DNA from: an uncultured Gammaproteobacteria bacterium | Lineage (GTDB): Bacteria > Patescibacteriota > Patescibacteriia > Magasanikbacterales > UBA922 | Assembly (NCBI GenBank): GCA_964597575.1 | Contig: CAZQXB010000001.1 | Span: 704,595-768,594, forward strand | Length of the DNA: 64,000 nt | Direction: 5' to 3' | In this document: one piece after another, positions 28,920 through 37,812 of the stretch | Numbering within the stretch: position 1 is the first letter of the stretch | Layout of the letters: each line of letters starts with the position of its first letter | Notes under the pieces: model-generated | Seen by the model: the letters and a program-made list of their open reading frames with translations, nothing else | Told to the model about the DNA's origin: nothing | Database searches by the model: none | Position numbers and translations under genes: made by a program

Positions 28920-29001
28920 CGCCTGTCTGTGTACGTCTTTAACCTACATTAGGAAAAGATGCGATGCGCAGAAGGACAAGGCCCTAGGGAGGGCAACGAC
29001 A

Positions 29002-29706
29002 ATGAACAACAACCAGACCAACAAGACCGCCGTGCTGGTGCACGGCATGTTCCTCCAGGCCAAAGGCTGGGAGGAGAACGTCTGGGGCAACACCCAGACC
29101 GGCAAGCTCGGGCGCCTGCCCACGGCCGTGCTCATGTTCGAGAAGTACAGCGCGACCACCATGATCTTCGGCACCGGTGCCAGCATGGAGGGGGACGAGA
29201 AGGAGTCCCAGTTCACGTACCGGACGCTCATGGAGCGGTTCAACGACCTGCGCAACTTCAAGCAGTTCGAGGGCATCGACCTCGTGGCGCTGCGCGAGCG
29301 GATCTCGGCGGGCCGGGTGATCGACACCGAGACGCAGAACACCCTGCAGGAGGTGCAGGCCGCGGCGCGGGCCTGCAACGAGCGCGGGAACACCGACCTG
29401 ATCCAGGTCTCGTCCCCGAGCCACCTCCCCCGCTGCATCCGCGATGGGGTGAAGGCGCTCCAGGCGGCGGAGTTCGCCGGCAAGAAGCCGACGCTCCTCG
29501 CCACCGCGAGCGAGGTCTACTACAGCGGCGCGACCGACGACGACACGCTCATCGTCGAGTACCCCCACCGGGCCGACAGCCCGGCCGAGTACTACGCCCT
29601 GCACGCGGTGCTGAAGCGGCTCATGCCCGCGTTCTACCCCGCCAAGGTCACGGCCGAGGTGCGGAACCGCATCATCGCCGGCATCGACAAGGTCCTCCAG
29701 GGCTGA
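29002..29706 (+). CDS. YdcF/DUF218-like (HUP fold) protein with extreme GC3
   Basis: IFGTG, ETQNTLQEV, LIQVSSPSHLPRC resemble DUF218 motifs; codons nearly all end in G/C; SD GGGAGG. Confidence 0.7.
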   Translation: MNNNQTNKTAVLVHGMFLQAKGWEENVWGNTQTGKLGRLPTAVLMFEKYSATTMIFGTGASMEGDEKESQFTYRTLMERFNDLRNFKQFEGIDLVALRERISAGRVIDTETQNTLQEVQAAARACNERGNTDLIQVSSPSHLPRCIRDGVKALQAAEFAGKKPTLLATASEVYYSGATDDDTLIVEYPHRADSPAEYYALHAVLKRLMPAFYPAKVTAEVRNRIIAGIDKVLQG

Positions 29707-29785
29707 TCGCACCTGCCCGCAACCTCTTCCCGTTCTCTACTATCGAGAGCGACGTGAGGTCCCACCTACCGGGCATTCGCCCACC

Positions 29786-29827
29786 GTCCCTCCATCGACC
29801 ACGTCGGTGCGAGGGACTCTTTTTTTA
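29786..29827 (+). terminator. intrinsic terminator
   Basis: GTCCCTC-CATCGAC-CAC-GTCGGTG-C-GAGGGAC-TCTTTTTTT. Confidence 0.7.
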
Positions 29828-29860
29828 CAAAAAGTATCCACCGAGGTGGATTTTTTGATA

Positions 29861-29889
29861 TTGACAAATACGCGAAAATGTGGTATATT
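29861..29889 (+). promoter_or_regulatory. sigma70 promoter
   Basis: TTGACA-N17-TATATT with extended TG. Confidence 0.7.
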
Positions 29890-29942
29890 ACCTTGCTTCT
29901 GTGATTGAAGATAACCTATTTAACCGTCCTAGGAGGGACATC

Positions 29943-30407
29943 ATGGAAGACGTAGCGTACCAACTTGTCGGCATCTTCACTGGGCTATTCAAGGAGCCGA
30001 TAATCTTGATCATCATCCTTGGGCCCGCACTTGTGATCGCGACCTACTACATCATCGAGGCGATGAGTGGGGAAGACCTCCCGACCAACCACATGATACC
30101 TCGTGTGGGAGGAAAGAAGGGGGCGGGCACGTCTGACGACAACGGGAATCCTGATCACGACCTGTATGCCTCCGACCGCCCCGGAGGGGGACCCGACCAC
30201 GTCGGTGCCATGATCGCCAGTGTCCATGCTGCTGAAGCCGCCGAACAGAGTGGCGATGGCGATGGAAACAACGAAGGCGGCGCGCTCATGCCGCTGTTCG
30301 ACATGTACAACGAGCGCAACGCAGATGGAACACGCGCCTTTGACCTCGACACCGACGGCGACGGCATCCCGAACGCGGTCGACGATCGGCCGAACGATCC
30401 GTTCTAG
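29943..30407 (+). CDS. membrane-anchored acidic protein with a C-terminal TSP3-like repeat
   Basis: TM IILIIILGPALVIATYYII, D/G-rich tail, DTDGDGIPNAVD; SD AGGAGG. Confidence 0.65.
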   Translation: MEDVAYQLVGIFTGLFKEPIILIIILGPALVIATYYIIEAMSGEDLPTNHMIPRVGGKKGAGTSDDNGNPDHDLYASDRPGGGPDHVGAMIASVHAAEAAEQSGDGDGNNEGGALMPLFDMYNERNADGTRAFDLDTDGDGIPNAVDDRPNDPF

Positions 30408-30411
30408 AAAA

Positions 30412-30444
30412 ACCCCCGCATAACCACAGTGTTATGACGGGGGT
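30412..30444. terminator. terminator between convergent genes
   Basis: ACCCCCG-CATAAC...GTTATG-A-CGGGGGT. Confidence 0.7.
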
Positions 30445-30465
30445 GCATTTATTTTAGAAATCTTT

Positions 30466-30819
30466 TTATTCTTCTGGAATATATTCTTTGGTATCGCGAA
30501 TCGCTTCTTTATCTTTCGCACGCATCTTTTCTTTCATTTTTTCGAGTTCCAACTTTAACTGACCATGCACCATGTCAATCGCAGCATATAAGTCACCCGC
30601 ATCTTTTTCGACACGCACTAAATCATGATGTGGTACCTGCAGGTTAACCTCAGCATAAAAAATTTCCCCTTTGTGGTGATGCCCGCTTCGAAGCCCCACA
30701 TCAATGTCGGCCGAAATAATATGATCAAAAAACTTTTCAAGCGATTGTACTTTTTCTTCCGCGTATACCTTAATTGCCTCCGTAAGTTCCATGCCCGTAC
30801 CACGAATGGTCGTATTCAT
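30466..30819 (-). CDS. hpf: ribosome hibernation factor HPF/RaiA
   Basis: IRGTGMELTEAIKVYAEEKV..LEKFF, AEVNL.VP, DLYAAID. Confidence 0.9.
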   Translation of the reverse strand: MNTTIRGTGMELTEAIKVYAEEKVQSLEKFFDHIISADIDVGLRSGHHHKGEIFYAEVNLQVPHHDLVRVEKDAGDLYAAIDMVHGQLKLELEKMKEKMRAKDKEAIRDTKEYIPEE

Positions 30820-30823
30820 ACAA

Positions 30824-31774
30824 TTAAATAATTTGGACCTCTTCAACGAGGGTAACTCCAAAGGTATCGTACACGTTCTGCTTTACCTTATCAATGAGTA
30901 TTAAAATTTCTTCAGCCGTAGCCCCGCCTGAATTTAAAATAAAATTTCCGTGCTTTTCACTCACAATAGCTTTTCCTTCTGTCATCCCTTTGGCTCCCGA
31001 TTTTTCAATAAGCCAACCCGCTGACACCAGCCCCTTTTCTTTAAATTCCGGTAAAAGTTCTGGGGCACCTTCTGGAATTTTCGTGCATTCTTCTACAGAA
31101 ACATTTTTGAAAATACACCCGGTCGAAAATCCTTGCGGCTGCGTTCGAATCCGAAACGCCACATAGTCCAAAGCCTTCTTGCGGGCATCACTATTCGAAC
31201 CCGATTGAAGTGCGAGTGTTACCCGAAGAACAACAGCAGACGATGTTTTGAATACGCTATGACGATAATGAAAATCGCAAGCACTTTTTTCATACTGAAC
31301 GACTTCTCCACGATCATACACCATCACACTTTCAACCGACCCGCTCATTTCACTCCCGACCGCTCCGGCATTTCCCCGCACCGCCCCACCAATCGTCCCA
31401 GGAACCCCGACCCCCCACTCAAAACCGGTTAGGCCTGCCTTTATACTCTCATCGGCCACCGCTGCAGTAACACAACCCGCGTCAGCGTACACTTTTGTGC
31501 CTTCAATCGTTATCGCCTGTGCGGCAATTTTGAGAGCCACACCAGAAAAACCAGCATCTCGAACAAGCATATTACTTCCCCCACCGAGAAGAAAAAAAGG
31601 GATACCCTCAGCTTCTAGGTATTGAAGTGCTTCGACTGCTTTTTCCACGGTGGTAACCACAAGAAGAACATCAACCGGACCACCAATTTTAAAGGTAGTG
31701 TACTTTGCGAGAGGTTCGTTCACGCGAACCTTCCCAAAGGTTTTTAGTATGGCGACTTGATCGAGTGAAATCAT
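30824..31774 (-). CDS. murB: UDP-N-acetylenolpyruvoylglucosamine reductase
   Basis: TTFKIGG, LGGGSN, PGTIGGAVRGNAGA, FHYRHS, GCIFKN, SEKHGNFILN, EV. Confidence 0.96.
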   Translation of the reverse strand: MISLDQVAILKTFGKVRVNEPLAKYTTFKIGGPVDVLLVVTTVEKAVEALQYLEAEGIPFFLLGGGSNMLVRDAGFSGVALKIAAQAITIEGTKVYADAGCVTAAVADESIKAGLTGFEWGVGVPGTIGGAVRGNAGAVGSEMSGSVESVMVYDRGEVVQYEKSACDFHYRHSVFKTSSAVVLRVTLALQSGSNSDARKKALDYVAFRIRTQPQGFSTGCIFKNVSVEECTKIPEGAPELLPEFKEKGLVSAGWLIEKSGAKGMTEGKAIVSEKHGNFILNSGGATAEEILILIDKVKQNVYDTFGVTLVEEVQII

Positions 31775-31826
31775 AGAAAAGATATGCTTGCCTTATCGTA
31801 TGGTTGTCAGTATACTATTCTCTACT

Positions 31827-33047
31827 ATGCTTGGCGAAATTCTACCCAAAAACCCCGTAGCTTACATCACCCGCGACCTTGAGCGGGCACTTGGGATTCC
31901 CAAAACAAACGGGTTCTTCATTATGACAAATGAAACCCCTTTTGTGAAGAGAGCACGCCAAGAACGTTCCGATATTCACACCATACCAAGTGGGACTCTT
32001 TTAGATACTCATGAAATTCTGGCTCACCACCAAACACAGGAATTTTTGAACACAAATGGTATTCGGCATATTATTGTTTTCAAAACAACCACTGCTATTG
32101 AACGAATCGCAAAGGAACAGGGGTTAACTGTTTTAAACCCGCCAGCTGCACTTGCCAATTCCATTGAAGAAAAAATTACTCAGCTTTCCCTCTTACCGGA
32201 AATTCGAGATCTCTTTCTCCCATTTCAAGTCTCCCTTCTTAAGGAGGTCGCTTTTCAAGGCACTCCTTTTGTTTTGCAATTCAACCATTCTCATACCGGA
32301 AGTGGAACAAAATATATTGATTCTGAAAAAACCTTACAGGAACTTCAAACTCAATTTCCCGATCGTCCGGTTCGCACGGCACCGTTTATTCGTGGTCCTC
32401 TGTTCACCAATAATACGGTTGTGACGAAAGAAAAAATTCTCACGGGAAATATCAACTATCAAATCACTGGTCTTGCCCCATTTACCCATAATCGCTTTGC
32501 CACAATTGGAAACGACTGGGCTCTGCCATACACCCTTCTCACAAACGAACAAAAAAAGAACTATGAAAACATTGCCGTGCGGGTCGGTGAAGTTCTTCAA
32601 GCACTCGGCTGGCGCGGGCTATTTGGCATTGATGTCCTCTTCGACGAAACCACAAACAAATTTTGGCTTCTCGAAATCAACGCCCGCCAACCTGCTTCAG
32701 CAACGTATGAATCACACCTCCAAAAGAAGGCGGGGCCGGGCATGACCACAATGGAGGCCCACCTCTTGGCACTTCTTAATACATCAGTTGAGGGCCCGCT
32801 TCAATCTATTTTAGGCGGGGCTCAAATTACCCAAAAAATTGTAGGAAAAATACCTCATTCTGAAATACAAGAAAAAATAGAGAAAGAATTAGAATCACAG
32901 GGCTACGCTGTCACCCCCTACTCGAACACAGAGCGAGAGCAAGATTGGTTACGCATACAGCACGATGACGGCGGGTTTATGCAAATGCATAACACACTGA
33001 ACGCCCAAGCCAACAAATTAAAAACAACTCTTGAAGCGATTTTATGA
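31827..33047 (+). CDS. ATP-grasp ligase of unknown substrate
   Basis: HSHTGSGT loop, GLFGIDV, LLEINAR. Confidence 0.8.
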   Translation: MLGEILPKNPVAYITRDLERALGIPKTNGFFIMTNETPFVKRARQERSDIHTIPSGTLLDTHEILAHHQTQEFLNTNGIRHIIVFKTTTAIERIAKEQGLTVLNPPAALANSIEEKITQLSLLPEIRDLFLPFQVSLLKEVAFQGTPFVLQFNHSHTGSGTKYIDSEKTLQELQTQFPDRPVRTAPFIRGPLFTNNTVVTKEKILTGNINYQITGLAPFTHNRFATIGNDWALPYTLLTNEQKKNYENIAVRVGEVLQALGWRGLFGIDVLFDETTNKFWLLEINARQPASATYESHLQKKAGPGMTTMEAHLLALLNTSVEGPLQSILGGAQITQKIVGKIPHSEIQEKIEKELESQGYAVTPYSNTEREQDWLRIQHDDGGFMQMHNTLNAQANKLKTTLEAIL

Positions 33048-33814
33048 GCACTCTTCACGAAGAAACAAAACAAATGATTCGCGCGTATGCCAATTTGGCC
33101 ATTGGTCAAGTACATGTTCGCACTCCCTACATGAATAATCGCCGTCTTGGGCTTCGGGGAGCGCTTGGAGTTCTTGTAGGCAAAGGAACGCCTACTGAAA
33201 TTGAAGAAGAGGTCGTCATCATGGCACTGAAAGAGCATATAAACTTGAATGACCTCACTCCAGAACTTGCCACACGTTTTTTAATTGATCACAAACTGGG
33301 CGTTGACTGCTCGGGATACGCATTTCATCTTTTGGAAACAGAACTCTACGCACGTCATAAAAAAAAGCTCTCGCACGTCATCCATTTACCACTCATTAAA
33401 AATCCGTTTCGAAGAATTTTTGCCAAAATGCAATGCGTGAAAAATGTAGGCGTACGAACACTTGCACACGCTAAAAATAGTGCCCCTGTCCTTCTCAAAA
33501 ACATTCAGGCGGGAGACATGATTGTAGCACTTCAGATTAAGAAAGATCCGGCACGCCACCACCTTCTTCTTGTAACCGACGTCGTCGCTGACAACTATAT
33601 TACTGAAATCCGCTATACCCACAGCCCAGAATGGACCATCGGGGGCCAATATGGCCACGGGGTCCGAAGTGGCCTTATTCGAGTTACGAACCTCGAAAAA
33701 CCACTCTTAGCTCAAATTTGGGAAGAAGGCGGTATGACTGTCGAAGAAAATGGCACCTATCTTGAATACGCTTCGGCTGAAACCATCGATATCCGCAGGT
33801 TAAACTGCCTCTAA
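33044..33814 (+). CDS. NlpC/P60-like papain-fold hydrolase
   Basis: GVDCSG, downstream QAGD and HHLLLV, HS; ATGA overlap with the ATP-grasp gene. Confidence 0.55.
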   Translation: MSTLHEETKQMIRAYANLAIGQVHVRTPYMNNRRLGLRGALGVLVGKGTPTEIEEEVVIMALKEHINLNDLTPELATRFLIDHKLGVDCSGYAFHLLETELYARHKKKLSHVIHLPLIKNPFRRIFAKMQCVKNVGVRTLAHAKNSAPVLLKNIQAGDMIVALQIKKDPARHHLLLVTDVVADNYITEIRYTHSPEWTIGGQYGHGVRSGLIRVTNLEKPLLAQIWEEGGMTVEENGTYLEYASAETIDIRRLNCL

Positions 33815-33884
33815 CCCTTACCCTGGCCATTTCGCATAAATAGTTGTAAAAACTGCTCTTTTTTGATAGGCTTCTTCTAGGTCT

Positions 33885-35015
33885 ATGATTATCCCTCTCG
33901 AGAGCATTGAACTGCTTCGAACAATTTTTGTGTACGCCCTCCTCTCGGGGGTTGTTGCGTTTGCTTGGGCACCGCTTCTCATAAAGCTCCTCTATAAGTA
34001 CAACATTACCCGAAATAACCCCTACGATGCGACGCTCGCCATTGAAGCGCGAAAATCAAAAGCAGGGGTACCGATCATGGGAGGACTCCTTATTATTGTA
34101 ACGGTTGCCCTCGTAACTGTTTTTTTTAACTGGGAAAGAAAATTTACCTGGATGCCTATTTCGGTCATGCTTCTCTCCGCACTCCTTGGTGGAGTTGATG
34201 ACCTTCTGAACATATTCGGGGAACGGCGAAGAAACAGAAAACTCTCGCACATTATCCGACTGATCCGTGTTCACAAAGACTGGAAAGAGCGCGCCTGGCT
34301 CACCCTCACCCTTCCTTGGGCAATATTTAAACGCGCCAGCCTTTGGCTTGGGTCAAACCCGGGTCGAGGGCTCCATGTACACGAACGCCTCATTCTCCAA
34401 TTTACGGCTGGAGCTATTACCGCCTGGTGGATTTTTTTTAAACTTGCAGAAAGCTGGCGCACCATTCACATTCCTTTTGACGGATACATCAATATTGGTT
34501 TTTGGATCATTCCCCTTATTATCTTTTTCGTTGTCGCTACCGCTAATGCCGTCAACTTTTCTGACGGCATGGATGGACTCGTGGGAGGGTCTCTTCTCAT
34601 TACGTTTTCCGCACTTACCCTACTTGCCTGGATTGAAGGGTATTCCTCGATTGCATATATGAACGCAACGACGGTTGGCGCGCTCATTGCCTATACCTAT
34701 TTCAATATCAAACCAGCACGCTTCCAAATGGGTGATGTAGGGTCGCTTGGGCTTGGGGCACTGCTCGCGGTAAATACGATGGTTATGAACCACATGATTC
34801 TTCTTCCACTGTTTGGTTTTATTTTTTATATTGAACTGGGAAGCGTTCTTATTCAGGTGTTTGGTCGCCACATTCTTGCACGTCGTATTTTCCGCATGGC
34901 GCCGATTCACCACCATTTTGAACTCCGCGGTTGGAGCGAAGAAAAAGTGGTCATGCGTTTTTGGGTCATCCACGCCGCCTTTGTTCTCCTCGGCATGTGG
35001 ATTGCCCTCTACTAG
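33885..35015 (+). CDS. mraY: phospho-N-acetylmuramoyl-pentapeptide transferase
   Basis: K.GVPIMGG, GGVDD, NAVNFSDGMDGL, MGDVGSL.LG, MAPIHHHFEL.GWSE. Confidence 0.95.
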   Translation: MIIPLESIELLRTIFVYALLSGVVAFAWAPLLIKLLYKYNITRNNPYDATLAIEARKSKAGVPIMGGLLIIVTVALVTVFFNWERKFTWMPISVMLLSALLGGVDDLLNIFGERRRNRKLSHIIRLIRVHKDWKERAWLTLTLPWAIFKRASLWLGSNPGRGLHVHERLILQFTAGAITAWWIFFKLAESWRTIHIPFDGYINIGFWIIPLIIFFVVATANAVNFSDGMDGLVGGSLLITFSALTLLAWIEGYSSIAYMNATTVGALIAYTYFNIKPARFQMGDVGSLGLGALLAVNTMVMNHMILLPLFGFIFYIELGSVLIQVFGRHILARRIFRMAPIHHHFELRGWSEEKVVMRFWVIHAAFVLLGMWIALY

Positions 35016-35019
35016 ACGT

Positions 35020-35664
35020 ATGTATCTTTCCTGGGGTGAAAAAAACGTCGACACCGCAAACCTGGCAGATATAAACACAGCCTATGCTTCTGGGTATGTC
35101 GCAACTCGTGTTGAACGGGGCACGTTCCAACAAACACGAAGTCTCCGTATTGATTTAAGCGTATTTGAGCTCTCAAGCGAGAACCGCCGAGTGCTGAAAA
35201 AAACCGAAGCGCTGACAATGGAAACACTTCCTCTCCCCCTCTCCGACTACCACTGGTCTATTGGTAAACTTGGAAAAGATTTTTATAGCGAAAAGTTTGG
35301 TGACGGCACGTTTAGTGCAAATAAAATAAAAGAGCTTCTGACCGATAAAGAAAAAAGTAATTTTAATCGCGTGCTTCGTTTTTCTTTAGACGGGAGAGTT
35401 GTCGGTTACACCATTTGTTTAGAAACGAACGAGATGGTCCATTACTCATACCCTTTTTACGATCTTTCTCTACAAGTACCGAACCTGGGCCTTGGCATGA
35501 TGCTCCGAGCCATTGCACGTGCGAAGGAGACAGGGAAAAAATATATTTATTTAGGCTCATTCCAACGCCCAACAGATACTTACAAACTTCAATTCGAGGG
35601 ATTAGAATGGTTTGACGGGAAGGAGTGGCAAAAGGATCCTTCACCTCTCAAACAACTTGTTTAA
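35020..35664 (+). CDS. ATE/Bpt-like aminoacyl-tRNA-dependent transferase (double GNAT)
   Basis: SLRIDLSVFELSSENRRV, YPFYD, NLGLGMML.AI..AKE.GKKYIYLG, YK.QF..LE. Confidence 0.72.
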   Translation: MYLSWGEKNVDTANLADINTAYASGYVATRVERGTFQQTRSLRIDLSVFELSSENRRVLKKTEALTMETLPLPLSDYHWSIGKLGKDFYSEKFGDGTFSANKIKELLTDKEKSNFNRVLRFSLDGRVVGYTICLETNEMVHYSYPFYDLSLQVPNLGLGMMLRAIARAKETGKKYIYLGSFQRPTDTYKLQFEGLEWFDGKEWQKDPSPLKQLV

Positions 35665-35668
35665 AAAT

Positions 35669-36355
35669 ATGCCGCAAACGAATGCTTGGGAAAAAGAATA
35701 TAAAAATAGTCAACTTTTGCATTTTCATCCAGAACCACAAAAGGATACGCTTCGTTTTTTAAAATATCTTAAAAAAGAACACGATTTTCGCCTAGACGGA
35801 AAAACGGTCCTTGATCTGGGATCTGGCACCGGCCGAAACGCAAATCACATGGCGAGCCTTGGTGCCGCTGCAACTGGCATTGAAATCTCACCAACAGCGA
35901 TTCTTATTGCAGAAGAAGCGGCACGAGAAAAAGGAGTGCGAGTAAAATATATTCGTCAAAGCATGGGGGAATCGTACCCTTTTCCTGATGCGTCATTTGA
36001 TCTCATCATCGATGTCGTGTCCTCAAACTCCCTCACCGAAAAAGAACGCGGAACCTATCTCGAAGAAGCAAGCCGAGTACTCAAACCCGGAGGCTTCATG
36101 TTTGTAAAAGCTTTAGCACTCGATGGAGACAAAAATGCCAAAACACTTCTTCAAGATTCCCCTGGACCAGAAAAAGATACCTATATTATGAAAGAGCTTG
36201 GATTGACTGAGCGTGTATTTCGTCGTGAAGACCTATTATCACTCTACGGGAAATACTTTACCGTTCTCGACCTTGAAAAAAAGGAGAGCTATCCGTGCAT
36301 GAATGGAAAAAGTTATAAACGACAATTTTGGCTTCTTGCCTTACAAAAGACGTAG
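35669..36355 (+). CDS. class I SAM-dependent methyltransferase
   Basis: VLDLGSGTGRN, GIEIS, FDLI, RVLKPGG. Confidence 0.9.
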   Translation: MPQTNAWEKEYKNSQLLHFHPEPQKDTLRFLKYLKKEHDFRLDGKTVLDLGSGTGRNANHMASLGAAATGIEISPTAILIAEEAAREKGVRVKYIRQSMGESYPFPDASFDLIIDVVSSNSLTEKERGTYLEEASRVLKPGGFMFVKALALDGDKNAKTLLQDSPGPEKDTYIMKELGLTERVFRREDLLSLYGKYFTVLDLEKKESYPCMNGKSYKRQFWLLALQKT

Positions 36356-36394
36356 GCCTTCCAAAAGCACCTTTCCTATCCTGTGATGAAATCT

Positions 36395-37807
36395 ATGAAA
36401 CACATTCACTTTATTGGTATCTGTGGAGTAGCGATGAGCGCACTTGCCATTGCTTTTCATAAAAAAGGATACCGTGTTACTGGTAGCGATGTTGGGTTTT
36501 ACCCTCCAATTTCAACACACCTCGAAAAACAAGGGGTGAGCTACTATGCAGGCTGGCATCCAGAAAAAGTCTTAGCTGAATTTGTATCCAAAAACTCAAA
36601 CGACGAATACCTCGTGATTGTGGGAAACGTAGCAAGCTCGAACAATCCAGAATGGCTCTTTGTAAAAGAAAACGGCATTCCCTATCTTTCTTATCCAGAA
36701 GCCGTAGCAACATTTTTTGTCCGCGAACACTCTATCGTGGCAGCCGGAACATACGGGAAAACTACCTCAACCACACTTTTGACTTGGATTTTAGCTCAAG
36801 CGGGTTTTGACCCTAGTTACATGTTTGGCGGCCTCACCATCGACCCCACGGACGCAGCAGCTATTACTGAAAGCTCTTGGAGCATTCTTGAAGGCGACGA
36901 ATATAAATCGAGCCGCTTTGATCTTCGGCCAAAATTTAGCCATTACAAACCCACGCACCTTCTTCTTACCGGCATGTCTTGGGATCATGTAGACGTCTAC
37001 CCTACAGAAGAATCGTATGTTGAAGCATTTACTACTCTTATAGCAGGAATGCCAAAACAAGGGCTCATTGTAGCGAATCAAGACGATTCCCGGGTAGAAT
37101 CCTTAACAAAAACATTTACCGGAACACGAATCACCTATGGTATGGGCCCTGAAGCCAATGTTCGCTACAGCAGTATAGAGCAAAAAAAATCAGGACTTAC
37201 TTTTACCATTACTGCAGACGAAAAAGAATGGGTAGTAACCAGCCCCATGCTTGGAGCTTACCAAGCAGCAAATATTACCGGGTGCTTTGCTCTGGCTCGT
37301 GCCATTGGCATTTCTCCAGAAAAAATAATCGCAAGCATCGCCTCTTTCAGTGGTATTAAGCGCCGGCTTGAAAAACGCCTCGCTGACCCAGTAACCATTT
37401 TTGACGATATCGCACACTCACCTGCCAAAGCAGCCTCTGTTCTCCAAACGCTCCGCGAACTTACGAGCGGAAAATTGATTGCTGTTTTTGAACCAAACAG
37501 TGGAAACCGGGAAGAGAGTGCCAAACCCCTCTATACCCATGCGTTTGACCACGCAGACGAGGTTATCATTCCCCGGCTTACCAACATCAAAATTGACCTT
37601 ACCAAAAAAGAACGCCCTATGGATGGCGAGACCCTCACTGAAGTAATTGCACAAACGCACAAGAATGTTCATCACATTGACGACGACGAACAACTTGTTA
37701 CCCACCTCAAAAAAACCGCCAGACCGAACGACTGCATTGTGTTTCTCGGTTCCCACGGTTTCCGCGGAATGATTGAACAGACGGTTGAACTATTCGCGAA
37801 AAATTGA
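36395..37807 (+). CDS. Mpl/MurC-family UDP-MurNAc-peptide ligase (Mpl-like)
   Basis: HIHFIGICGVAMSALA, GSD..FYPPIS, AGTYGKTT, EGDEY, DHVDVY, GIKRRLE, DDIAHSP, FEP. Confidence 0.85.
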   Translation: MKHIHFIGICGVAMSALAIAFHKKGYRVTGSDVGFYPPISTHLEKQGVSYYAGWHPEKVLAEFVSKNSNDEYLVIVGNVASSNNPEWLFVKENGIPYLSYPEAVATFFVREHSIVAAGTYGKTTSTTLLTWILAQAGFDPSYMFGGLTIDPTDAAAITESSWSILEGDEYKSSRFDLRPKFSHYKPTHLLLTGMSWDHVDVYPTEESYVEAFTTLIAGMPKQGLIVANQDDSRVESLTKTFTGTRITYGMGPEANVRYSSIEQKKSGLTFTITADEKEWVVTSPMLGAYQAANITGCFALARAIGISPEKIIASIASFSGIKRRLEKRLADPVTIFDDIAHSPAKAASVLQTLRELTSGKLIAVFEPNSGNREESAKPLYTHAFDHADEVIIPRLTNIKIDLTKKERPMDGETLTEVIAQTHKNVHHIDDDEQLVTHLKKTARPNDCIVFLGSHGFRGMIEQTVELFAKN

Positions 37808-37812
37808 AGAAC

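Noticed and set aside
28944-29858. Long overlapping ORFs 28959-29858(+), 28984-29712(-) and 28944-29504(-)
   Set aside because: Artefacts of extreme GC3 in 29002-29706; no SD, and low-complexity Arg/Gly/Pro translations.
14571-30444. Integron cassette array
   Set aside because: The 3' hairpins lack RYYYAAC/GTTRRRY attC ends, are dissimilar to each other, the genes have their own promoters, and no intI is present.
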